DNA of 64,000 bases, taken from an uncultured delta proteobacterium (GTDB lineage Bacteria; Desulfobacterota; Binatia; Binatales; Binataceae). The stretch spans positions 768,001-832,000 of the forward strand of contig CAVQEQ010000004.1 of the NCBI GenBank assembly GCA_963711565.1, in the 5' to 3' direction. The position numbers and the translations under genes were made by a program. Each line of letters opens with the position of its first letter. Position 1 is the first letter of the stretch. Under the pieces are notes generated by a model, which saw nothing but the letters and a program-made list of their open reading frames with translations, was not told the DNA's origin and searched no databases. Below, one piece after another: positions 20,117 through 29,206 of this stretch.

Positions 20117-22111
20117 GTGAACTCGATACTAGGAACGGTAATCAGCGATCGCTATCGCATCATCAAGCTTCTCGGCGAGGGAGCAGACAAACAGGTCTAT
20201 TTGAGTGAGGATCTTCGCCTTTTTGGCAGCCGCCGCGCCGTAGCGGTCATGATCGATAGTATCGCTGATTCCGAGAAACAGAAGATCGCGGCCCTGGCTT
20301 TCGAGCGCGAGGCCGAGATGCTGACTAGGCTGAAGCATCCGCGCATACCACAGATTTTCGACCGGTTTAGCGAGGGCAATGTCCATTATCTAGTGATGGA
20401 GTTCTTTGAGGGAGAGACCCTGCAGGCCAAGTTGCAGCGTGTACCCGGTAATCGCTTGCCCGAAGCAGAAGCTGTGAGTATCGCAGTCAAGGTTCTCGCG
20501 GTATTGGACTACCTTCACAAGCAGACGCCGCCAGTCATTTTCCGCGATTTGAAGCCCGATAATATGATGATGCGACCAGACGGCGAGCTGAAACTTATCG
20601 ATTTCGGCATCGCGAGATTCTTCCGCCCGACCGGCAGCAACATCGGTCGGGGAACGGTTGGATATGCGGCACCCGAGCAGTACCAAGGAGCGATCGACGC
20701 ACGCAGTGACGTCTATGCGTTAGGGGCGACCTTGCATCATATGCTGACGGGACGAGATCCCGCCCAGCATCCCTTTGATTTTCCACCCCTCCTGAAGCTC
20801 GTACCGAATTGCGATCCGAATCTTGCCGCTTGCATCGATTCGGCTTTGGAACGGGATCCCGCCAGGCGTCCGCAGAGCGCAGCAGAATTTCGTGATCGAA
20901 TCCGGATCAACGGGTCGGTCCGGTCGTCGGGCTCGAGCGCCAGCCGGTTCGCCGCCGAGGGTTCCTCAAGCTCGGGCAGTGTGAAATCGGATGCCCCGAC
21001 CGCGATCATAGCGGATACTACCTGCATCTACTGTCAAGCAGCCCTCGCCGCTGAAGCGAGATTTTGTACGCGATGCGGCCGCTCAAATCCAATGCCCGCC
21101 TCCGTTGCATCACCGGAGAACGCACCTGCGCGGCAAAGGCCCGACGTCGGAGGTGTTCAAAAACAAATCCATTCTTCGCGTGGTACTGCCGAGCAGCAAG
21201 GTTATGCAGGATCCTGGCGATATGCCGTAGGGGCCGTGGTTACCGTCGCCGTCTTGATTCTCGGCGTGATCATCATTCGGCAGTTCCGCATCGACCGAGC
21301 GGCCCCCTCCCTCGCTGGGAAAGACACCTCGGATAGTACACACTTCACGTGGGCACCGCCGACGGATCCCCTAGCGAAGGGAGTTTTGATCACCTCCATA
21401 CCTTTCGGGTCCGATAATGTGTCCATTCTCAAAGACGACAAGGCCGGCGAAGACGTTGCGTATTTTGGCGCTACAGAGATCGTGAGAGATTTCGAGGTGT
21501 CCATAGACGAAGTACTTCCGACGATAGATAGCCCCATGGTTCTCATACTGGATACCTACAACGGTGCACATATGCCGGGTAGCTCGAGCAGAGGTCGCGT
21601 GTACTTAGTACGCCGCGATGGAGCGCCTGACGCGTTTGATGTCGTTGATTTCGGGCCAGTGAAGAGTGTGAAGTACTCTGGAGGACCAGAGGGCGACTAT
21701 ACCCTAGAGGTTATTGAGACCGTCGGACTCAAGACAAACCGCGACGCGGCTTACGACACCTTAGTGGCACACCGAGGTTACTATAGTTTCGTGCGAAAGA
21801 AGTATGATCCGTTTCTTGATGACTTCGCCAGGTTTGCTGGCGAAAGAGGAGTTAAAGAAAATCCGGGAGCCTTCTTCGGAAACCCCGCTTTACGCGCGAA
21901 ATATTTGGCGCGTGCGGGATATACCGACGAGCAGCTGGGCAGCCTTAGAGACCGCATCGGCCTAGGAGACCTTGATATCGTGGCTGGAAGGTACGCCACC
22001 CTTTGCGGTTGCCGATTCCACGGTTGCAGTGACGCTTCTGGGGCATCAGCTATAGTTACGATAACGCGAACCGCCGGCAGACGATGCAGGTTGCCGGGCA
22101 GGCGCAAGTAA
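20117..22111 (+). CDS. Hanks-type Ser/Thr kinase with zinc ribbon, TM helix and extracytoplasmic domain; C-terminus truncated at an Rhs junction near 22045
   Basis: FEREAEML, IFRDLKPDN, IDFG, GTVGYAAPEQ, SDVYALG; CIYC/CTRC; TM YAVGAVVTVAVLILGVIII. Confidence 0.88.
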   Translation: MNSILGTVISDRYRIIKLLGEGADKQVYLSEDLRLFGSRRAVAVMIDSIADSEKQKIAALAFEREAEMLTRLKHPRIPQIFDRFSEGNVHYLVMEFFEGETLQAKLQRVPGNRLPEAEAVSIAVKVLAVLDYLHKQTPPVIFRDLKPDNMMMRPDGELKLIDFGIARFFRPTGSNIGRGTVGYAAPEQYQGAIDARSDVYALGATLHHMLTGRDPAQHPFDFPPLLKLVPNCDPNLAACIDSALERDPARRPQSAAEFRDRIRINGSVRSSGSSASRFAAEGSSSSGSVKSDAPTAIIADTTCIYCQAALAAEARFCTRCGRSNPMPASVASPENAPARQRPDVGGVQKQIHSSRGTAEQQGYAGSWRYAVGAVVTVAVLILGVIIIRQFRIDRAAPSLAGKDTSDSTHFTWAPPTDPLAKGVLITSIPFGSDNVSILKDDKAGEDVAYFGATEIVRDFEVSIDEVLPTIDSPMVLILDTYNGAHMPGSSSRGRVYLVRRDGAPDAFDVVDFGPVKSVKYSGGPEGDYTLEVIETVGLKTNRDAAYDTLVAHRGYYSFVRKKYDPFLDDFARFAGERGVKENPGAFFGNPALRAKYLARAGYTDEQLGSLRDRIGLGDLDIVAGRYATLCGCRFHGCSDASGASAIVTITRTAGRRCRLPGRRK

Positions 22112-23472
22112 GCTACACGTGGGACAACGCGAACCGACTGACCGCAATCACGCAGGGCAGCTCCTCGGTGGGCATCAATTATGACAACGCGAACCGGCGA
22201 ACTTCGCTGACGCTGCCAAATGGCGTGACCGTCGGATACAGCGTTGACAACGACTCCCGCATCACCGGGCTGACCTACAGCGCGGGAAGTACGCACCTGG
22301 GCAACCTGACCTACGGCTACGACGCAGATGGGCGAGTGATCAGCAAAGCAGGCACGCTGGCTGCGACCAACTTGCCCAACGCAGTAAGCGGTAACCTGTT
22401 TAACGCGGACAATGGAATGACAGGTTTCGGTGGTGCGAGTTTGAGTTATGATGCCAACGGGAACCTCACCTCGGATGGCACGAACACGTATACTTGGGAC
22501 GCACGCAACCACCTGACGGCCATTAGCGGTGCTACCTCTGCCAGGTTTACCTACGACGCTATGGGCCGTCGTGCGAGCAAATCCTACGATGCTATAACAA
22601 CGCAGTTTCTATACGACCTACGGAATCCAGTGCAAGAAATCCAAGGAGGTACTCCAAGTGCCAACCTTTTGACCGGCCTCAAGGTCAACGAATATTTCAC
22701 GCGCACCGACTCCGGGAACAACGTATCGACGTTGCTGGCGGATGCGTTCGGTTCGGCGATAGGGCTGGTAGGCTCGGCCCAGAGCATGGTGACGAGTTAT
22801 ACGTATCAACCGTTCGGAGCGACCACAGTTGGCGGCGCCGCCAACGGCAATTCCTATCAATTCACCGGCCGTGAAAATGACGGTGCCGGATTGTATTATT
22901 ACCGCGCCAGGTATTACAGTCCGACATTTCAGAGATTTATCGGACAGGATCCGCTCGGATTCGCCGCGGGCGATGCCAACCTCTACGCTTATGTTAAGAA
23001 CAGCCCGCAATCAATTACTGACCTCTTGGGGCTTCAGTCTGTAGATGATCTATTGAACACCGCCGTCATAGATTTTAATGAAAACCGGTCGTTGAACGGT
23101 TCCCAGCAGCCTTCGCTCCTCGACGACACCGCTCAAGCTGTTCTTAATCGCATGGATCAGGGCTTGCCAATAGGACCACCGCATGGAACTGCGTCGCCGA
23201 ATTCCCCTGGCATACCGGATCCCGAAGTCCCGGTGGCCCAAGCGTGCCTTATCGCGACAGAACAGGCTAGTTTCGAAAGAAAACTCGGTATCGATACGAC
23301 CAATGGTTCAACGCTCTACTATCAGCAGGGTCCTAGCATGGATCCGCCCTCATACGCCGGTGATCCCAGATACACGCTGCAGACGACCGACGGCCCAATG
23401 AACAATAGCGATCCGAACCCACAGGTTCCAGACAGTACCGGTATTGTCGTAAAGTTCTTTACTGGACCATGA
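22045..23472 (+). CDS. Orphan Rhs core plus C-terminal toxin, SleB/CwlJ (Hydrolase_2)-like cell-wall hydrolase (first ATG 22084)
   Basis: YD repeats, YQFTGREND, YYYRARYY, DPLG, DLLGL cleavage motif; the C-terminal domain has an N-terminal Glu, AQAVLNR and DTTNGSTLYY like SleB. Confidence 0.75.
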   Translation: MSYSYDNANRRQTMQVAGQAQVSYTWDNANRLTAITQGSSSVGINYDNANRRTSLTLPNGVTVGYSVDNDSRITGLTYSAGSTHLGNLTYGYDADGRVISKAGTLAATNLPNAVSGNLFNADNGMTGFGGASLSYDANGNLTSDGTNTYTWDARNHLTAISGATSARFTYDAMGRRASKSYDAITTQFLYDLRNPVQEIQGGTPSANLLTGLKVNEYFTRTDSGNNVSTLLADAFGSAIGLVGSAQSMVTSYTYQPFGATTVGGAANGNSYQFTGRENDGAGLYYYRARYYSPTFQRFIGQDPLGFAAGDANLYAYVKNSPQSITDLLGLQSVDDLLNTAVIDFNENRSLNGSQQPSLLDDTAQAVLNRMDQGLPIGPPHGTASPNSPGIPDPEVPVAQACLIATEQASFERKLGIDTTNGSTLYYQQGPSMDPPSYAGDPRYTLQTTDGPMNNSDPNPQVPDSTGIVVKFFTGP

Positions 23473-24896
23473 AAAGTAAAATCTGTTGCTTGTTGTTGTT
23501 AATGGCGGCTTGGACTCAACTAGCAGCAGGAAGCAAATGCGAGTTCGCCGAGTTCGCGCAGGACTACTTTACCGCCCTCGCCAATACGCGGACGACCGTT
23601 TTGTATTCTCAGTGCAAACAGGCTTGGGGCAAGAGTGTATTGATCGTACCTGTGCTAGCAGCGAGCGGCGAATCCGGTCATCTGAACCTATGGGGGCCTT
23701 ACTATCCTGAGCTTCAAGGAAGGATCGTTCTATTTCATTTGAGCCAAACATGTACGGAGAGCTTCGCGACGATTCGAATTGACGATGATGGGCACACAGT
23801 CATTGCGAATACATCAGGCGGTCCGGAAGTGAGGTCTTGGACTGCGAGATTGGTGGGAAGGATGGAGAAGCTTCCATTTCGTATCATGCCGCCCGACAAA
23901 CTCAAAGATATTGTGAACTCAAGGCCCGTGCAGAATTGCGAGTAGCTAACGTATTGGGACCTTTTTGGGGCGGTCAACAGAGTTCAGCGACGAATTGTAT
24001 ATGTCGCCGGGTTCGGCTAGAGCGGCAGCAAGTACGAGAGCATCATCAACTACACCTGGGACGCGGGCAACCGTCTGCCCAATGGCGTGACGGTCGGATA
24101 CAGTTTCGACAACGACTCCCGTATCACCGGGCTGACGTACACTGCGGGGAGTTCGCAGCTGGGAAACCTGATTTACGGCTACGACGCGGACGGACGAGTG
24201 ACGAGCAAAAGCGGCTCGCTGGCCGTGACCAACTTACCCAATTCCATAAACGGCAACATGTTTAACGCGGACAACGGAATGACTTCTTTCGGTGGCGCTA
24301 CTCTGAGCTATGACGGCAATGGTAATCTTACCTCGGACGGCACCAACTCATACACTTGGGACGCCAGGAACCACCTGACTGCCATTAGCGGCGCGACGAC
24401 TGCCAGCTTTACATATGACGCATTCGGCCGTCGCGTTAGCAAAACTGTCGCAGGCAGGAGCACGCAGTTTCTATACGATGGTCTTAATCCCGTACAGGAA
24501 ATGGACTCGAGCACGGGCCTCGCGAATTTGCTGACCGGACTGAACATCGATGAGTACTTCACCCGCACGGACTCCAACAACAACGTATCAACTCAGCTTA
24601 CAGATGCGCTCGGCTCGACGATAGGATGGGTAGGCTCGGGACAGAGCATCGCGACGAGTTATACGTATCAGCCGTTTGGGGCTACGACCGTTGGGGGCAC
24701 CCCCAACGGCAGCAGTCACGAGTTCACCGGCCGCGAAAACGATGGCACCGGGTTGTACTTCTACCGCGCCAGATATTACAGCCCAACCTTCCAGCGATTT
24801 ATTGCACAGGACCCAATCGGCTTCGCTGGTCACGACTCCAATCTATATCGCTATACCTTCGACAGTCCGCTGCAGTTTGAGGATCCTCTCGGGCTA
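22213..24896 (+). repeat. Two homologous Rhs core copies (about 22213-23034 and 24075-24896)
   Basis: Near-identical stretches, e.g. gacaacgactcccg.atcaccgggctgac and ttcaccggccg.gaaaa.ga.gg; divergence begins right after the D-x-x-G-L motif. Confidence 0.85.
23469..23945 (+). CDS. Putative periplasmic immunity protein for Rhs toxin 1
   Basis: ATGA overlap with the toxin stop; signal peptide MKSKICCLLLLMAAWTQLAAG. Confidence 0.7.
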   Translation: MKSKICCLLLLMAAWTQLAAGSKCEFAEFAQDYFTALANTRTTVLYSQCKQAWGKSVLIVPVLAASGESGHLNLWGPYYPELQGRIVLFHLSQTCTESFATIRIDDDGHTVIANTSGGPEVRSWTARLVGRMEKLPFRIMPPDKLKDIVNSRPVQNCE

Positions 24897-25328
24897 ACGG
24901 CTACTTGCTACGCATTTCAAAATGGCGGCATTGCGTGTTTCGACGACGACGATCCGACCAATACGAATTCAGATCCAAACTCCTATTCGGGCGGCGGGAC
25001 AGACGGGCCGGGTTTTGACAATCCGACCTGGCAGGATATACCGGATGAAGGTCCAATTCCCGCGAATACCTATAATATCGGCCCGGGTTATAACTCTAGG
25101 CTGGGACAACCTACCATGAAGTTGACTCCGACAGAGCCGTTTCCTCCGCTACGGGATCCTAACTCCATCAGAATGCACGCGGACAAGAAGGGAAAAAACC
25201 AAGGTAAAGGTCTGGCGTCTACTGGTTGTGAAGTCACATCTCCACAATTGCGACAATGGATAAACAATCTTGGCGGCGGAACTCTTATTGTCGTTCCAGG
25301 GATGCCCAGCCCAGGAGAAAATCCTTGA
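24021..25328 (+). CDS. Orphan Rhs core plus Tlde1 (DUF2778) L,D-transpeptidase-fold toxin (first GTG 24087)
   Basis: Rhs core ending DPLGL; C-terminal YSG..NP..QD...GPIP..TY.I...RMH....ASTGC matches the Tlde1 His/Cys motif. Confidence 0.8.
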   Translation, partial: SGSKYESIINYTWDAGNRLPNGVTVGYSFDNDSRITGLTYTAGSSQLGNLIYGYDADGRVTSKSGSLAVTNLPNSINGNMFNADNGMTSFGGATLSYDGNGNLTSDGTNSYTWDARNHLTAISGATTASFTYDAFGRRVSKTVAGRSTQFLYDGLNPVQEMDSSTGLANLLTGLNIDEYFTRTDSNNNVSTQLTDALGSTIGWVGSGQSIATSYTYQPFGATTVGGTPNGSSHEFTGRENDGTGLYFYRARYYSPTFQRFIAQDPIGFAGHDSNLYRYTFDSPLQFEDPLGLTATCYAFQNGGIACFDDDDPTNTNSDPNSYSGGGTDGPGFDNPTWQDIPDEGPIPANTYNIGPGYNSRLGQPTMKLTPTEPFPPLRDPNSIRMHADKKGKNQGKGLASTGCEVTSPQLRQWINNLGGGTLIVVPGMPSPGENP

Positions 25329-25333
25329 ATTGG

Positions 25334-25999
25334 ATGAGGGTGACAGTGCTCGCGATCGCTCTGGTAGATCTGCCTTCAATCTCGGCACGGAGTGCCACGA
25401 CTGAACGATGGTTGTGCGGCGATTCTCAGACGCCCGTGCTGCAGTTGCAACACGATTTCAAAGGACAACCTGAATCTGCACCAGCAACTTTTACCATTGC
25501 CGGATTGACCTTGAACAAGAGCGAGTTTAAAGACGTGGAAGCCAGGTTTGGCCCGTCAACCCCGGCAAGCAGGTCCTCCGATCCTGATGGTTTCAACGAG
25601 TGCTACAAGTCCGCAAGCTGGCCTGCTGATCCAACCGTTCTTATCTTGATGGCGGGGTACGAAGGAGAATCTGAAGAAATAAACGCGTTTATGCTGAAGT
25701 CTGATTCGAGTCCTGAAGCCTCCAAGTGTGTAACCTCAAGTTTGGTTCGTAGTGATATGGCGACCGGCAATCACCTTAGTCTGGGTCTGTCGCAAGACGA
25801 TATTCAGAAAATCCTGGGTCACGGAAGGCCCGGTGCTGATGGATTTAGACGTTGGTTCTATTCGGGTAAACTTCAACTGTCGGCAGCTGAAGCCAAGCTC
25901 GCCGGAACTACTTTTTACTACAAAGACTCTGGAGTAACTGCTAGATTTCGTGATTCCAAAGCCGATTGCATTTCTGTGTTTCAGGTTGAATCGTACTAG
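25334..25999 (+). CDS. Putative periplasmic immunity protein for the Tlde1-like toxin
   Basis: Directly follows the toxin; signal-peptide-like MRVTVLAIALV..; four Cys. Confidence 0.65.
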   Translation: MRVTVLAIALVDLPSISARSATTERWLCGDSQTPVLQLQHDFKGQPESAPATFTIAGLTLNKSEFKDVEARFGPSTPASRSSDPDGFNECYKSASWPADPTVLILMAGYEGESEEINAFMLKSDSSPEASKCVTSSLVRSDMATGNHLSLGLSQDDIQKILGHGRPGADGFRRWFYSGKLQLSAAEAKLAGTTFYYKDSGVTARFRDSKADCISVFQVESY

Positions 26000-26187
26000 T
26001 ATGCTGACGGCAACGCCAGCCAGGTGACGGCCTGACGGCGGTGACCGACTCGATCACCGGCACACTTCACCAGCGCGCCTGATCTCCTTTGACCTGTCGC
26101 AACTAGGAATTCCATCTGAACCGGAATAGGAGCTGCTGCGCTGTTTCTAGATCGAGCCACGCACCAGGACTGGACTCAAATCGCTGG

Positions 26188-26657
26188 ATGCTCGCTCGCG
26201 AGCACGCTTCCTTGGGATTTGCTTTTCGGCTTTTCCATGATGAAGATTATCAAAGAACTCCTTCTAAGAGTGGCCCCGCGGATATATTACAAACGATCCG
26301 CAAGTGGATTCGGATACTTGTGAGTGGCGCCGTTGCGGGTCTTGCTCTGCCTTTTTTGGCAGTTCAGTTGGTGTGGCCTTATCTGTTGCGCCACACGGAG
26401 GCCTGTGAAATCGCGACGCGTTGTATCGTATCGGACCCGCTTATTCGAAAAACCGTGGGGTCGCAGCGCGGGTAGATGTGAGACGCGGGTGCTTCTACGT
26501 GCGCGAAGACCAGCCAGTGGAAGAATTTCTAGTTACCGTAGAGGGTCCGACCAAAAAAGGCAGTGTGTCCGTCAGACTAATTAAGGAACGGGGCGCGTGG
26601 GACATAAGCGGAGCCGAGTTCACACGTCCGGATGGAACGCTCGTGAAACTGCACTAA
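26188..26657 (+). pseudogene. Small single-pass membrane protein (Coa1-like external domain), frameshifted at the GGGG run near 26457-26460
   Basis: TM helix and SDPLIRKTVG in one frame, then VEGPTKKGSVSVRLIKERGAWDI in the next. Confidence 0.5.
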
Positions 26658-26928
26658 AGAGCAAGTTTGAGGCGCGATGAGGTAGCGTACACCGCTCGGC
26701 CTGCGGCAGTGACTTCGGACGAAAGCAATTCCGGTCGTTTTGGCGAACGAATTCACAGATGTCGGAGCGATGCCCGCATAAACGCTGGGTTTGTGTTTTC
26801 GGCACTAAAATGGCGCATGTAAGCGCCGGAGAGAAAATCCCTCAGTGAAGCGGCCGGATAGACCGGTCGCGCCGGAGTAAAACTCCAGCACGCGATAGCC
26901 TTCAGCCTGGAGGGTTGAAGGCGGAGGG

Positions 26929-28431
26929 ATGAAAGGCGTGGAACTGTATGGGCAGGTGCGACGAGCGGTTTATGTAGAAGGACTGAGCCGGCGCGAGGCA
27001 GCGCGGCGATTCGGGATCGACCCACGGACGGTGGCGAAGATGCTGGCGTTCTCGGTGCCGCCGGGATATCGGCGGGGCCTGCCGCTGGCGCGGCCGAAGC
27101 TGGATCCGTTCGTTGGGATCATCGATCGGATCCTGGAGGAAGATAAGGGACAGCCAGCCAAGCAGCAGCACACCTCGAAGCGGATCTTCGAGCGGCTGCG
27201 AGACGAGCACGGCTACGCCGGCGGGATCACCGTTGTAAAGGACTACGTGCACGAGCGGCGGCAGCGGTCGCGTGAGATGTTCGTGCCGTTGCGCCACGAA
27301 CCGGGACACGCACAGGTTGACTTCGGCGAAGCGCTGGCAGTGATCGGCGGAGTGGAGCGGAAGATCCACTTCTTCGCGATGGATCTGCCGCACAGCGACA
27401 GCTGCCTGGTACAGGCCTATCCATCGGAGAGCAGCGAAGCCTTCTGTGAAGGACACAACGTCGGCTTCGAGTTCTTCGGCGGCGTGCCGCGCTCGATCCT
27501 GTACGACAACCTCAAGCTGGCGGTGGCGCGCATCCTGGGAGACGGCCGGCGGCTAAGGATCCGGGTCTTCAGCGAGCTGCAGTCCCACTACCTGTTCACC
27601 GATCGCTTCGGACGACCCGGGAAAGGCAATGACAAGGGCAAGGTCGAAGGGTTGGTGGGCTATGCTCGGCGCAACTTCATGGTGCCGATCCCTCATGCGG
27701 CCAGCTTCGCCGAACTCAACGCGCGCTTGCTGGAGGACTGCCGCCGTAGGTTGAACGATCGGCTGCGTGGCCATGATCAGACCATCGCCGAGCGACTGGT
27801 GCGAGACCGCGCTGCCTTCCTGCCGTTGCCGCCCACTCACTACGATGCCTGCGAGAAGAGAGCAGTCCGGGTCAGCTCGCTCTCGCTGGTGCGCTATCGG
27901 GGCAACGACTATTCGGTGCCCACCGCTTACGGCCACCGCGAGGTGCTGGTTCGCGGTTACGTCCACGAAGTGGTGATCGCCTGCGCGGCGGAAGAGATCG
28001 CGCGTCATCTGCGCTCCTACGAGCGCGAAAACTTCATCTTCGATCCGCTGCACTACCTGGCGCTGCTGGAACGGAAGATCGGTGCGCTGGATCAGGCCGC
28101 GCCACTGGTCGGTTGGGAACTGCCTGAAGAGTTCGCGACCCTGCGCCGTCTGCTCGAGGCTCGCCTGAGCAAGCCGGGCAAACGCGAGTTCGTGCAGGTG
28201 CTGCGCCTGCTGGAGGTGTTCCGCACCGATGACGTATCAGCGGCGGTGAGAGAAGCGATCGCGCGCGGAGTGATCAGCTTCGACGCAGTCAAGCATCTGG
28301 TGTTGTGCCGCATCGAACGCCGCCCACCGCGGCTGGACATGAAGATCTATCCCTACTTGCCGCGCGCCACCGTCGCGACCACCTCGGCCCGGGCCTACTT
28401 GAGCCTGCTGGCGGGAGGGGCATCGTCATGA
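26929..28431 (+). CDS. istA: IS21 transposase IstA
   Basis: HTH start, AQVDFG, GGVPRSILYDN, KGKVE DDE motifs, NDYSVP. Confidence 0.95.
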   Translation: MKGVELYGQVRRAVYVEGLSRREAARRFGIDPRTVAKMLAFSVPPGYRRGLPLARPKLDPFVGIIDRILEEDKGQPAKQQHTSKRIFERLRDEHGYAGGITVVKDYVHERRQRSREMFVPLRHEPGHAQVDFGEALAVIGGVERKIHFFAMDLPHSDSCLVQAYPSESSEAFCEGHNVGFEFFGGVPRSILYDNLKLAVARILGDGRRLRIRVFSELQSHYLFTDRFGRPGKGNDKGKVEGLVGYARRNFMVPIPHAASFAELNARLLEDCRRRLNDRLRGHDQTIAERLVRDRAAFLPLPPTHYDACEKRAVRVSSLSLVRYRGNDYSVPTAYGHREVLVRGYVHEVVIACAAEEIARHLRSYERENFIFDPLHYLALLERKIGALDQAAPLVGWELPEEFATLRRLLEARLSKPGKREFVQVLRLLEVFRTDDVSAAVREAIARGVISFDAVKHLVLCRIERRPPRLDMKIYPYLPRATVATTSARAYLSLLAGGASS

Positions 28432-29206
28432 GCGACACACCGCAGGTTCTGCTCGCTCACCACCTTAAGGCGCTGAGGCTCCCAACCTTCCTGCGTGAGT
28501 ACGACAAGCTGGCGCGCCAGTGCGCCGCCGAAGGTGTCGATCACTCGCGCTACCTGTTGCGCCTGGCCGAGCTTGAGATGATCGACCGGGAACGGCGGAC
28601 CATCGAGCGCCGGATCAAGGAAGCCAGGTTCCCCGCAGTGAAGAGCCTCGACAGCTTCGACTTCACCGCCATCCCCTCGCTCAACAAGACCTTGGTGCTG
28701 GAACTGGCCCGCTCGGAGTACGTCGGCCGCCGTGAGAACGTCATCGCGCTCGGTAACAGCGGCACCGGCAAGACTCACATCGCGCTGGGGCTCGGACTGG
28801 CAGCGTGCCAGAAGGGTCTCGCGGTTGGCTTCACCACCGCTGCGGCCCTGGTCAACGAACTGCACGAAGCACACGACGAAAAGCGTCTGCAGCGACTGCA
28901 ACGGCAACTCGCCGGTTAAAGCTGCTGATCGTCGACGAGCTCGGCTACGTTCCGCTGTCACAGACCGGCGCCGAGTTGCTGTTCGAGGTCTTCAGCCAGC
29001 GCTACGAACGCGGCTCGATCATCGTGACCAGCAATCTGCCCTTCGATGAGTGGACCGGCGTGTTCGGCTCCGAGCGACTGACCGGCGCGCTGCTCGATCG
29101 CCTCACCCATCATGTCCACATCCTCGAGATGAACGGCGATAGCTTCAGGCTTAAGCACAGCAGAGGTCAGATCGTAGAAGAGCAACCACCGCAAGAACCC
29201 GGCTGA
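28428..29206 (+). pseudogene. istB: IS21 helper ATPase IstB, frameshifted at about 28915-28919
   Basis: GNSGTGKTH in the first frame; LLIVDELGY, TSNLPF and LLDRLTHH in the second; one base missing (ggt ta- aag). Confidence 0.9.

Noticed and set aside
28905-28925. Programmed frameshift in istB
   Set aside because: No slippery heptamer; IS21 istB is normally one ORF, and a single-base loss explains it
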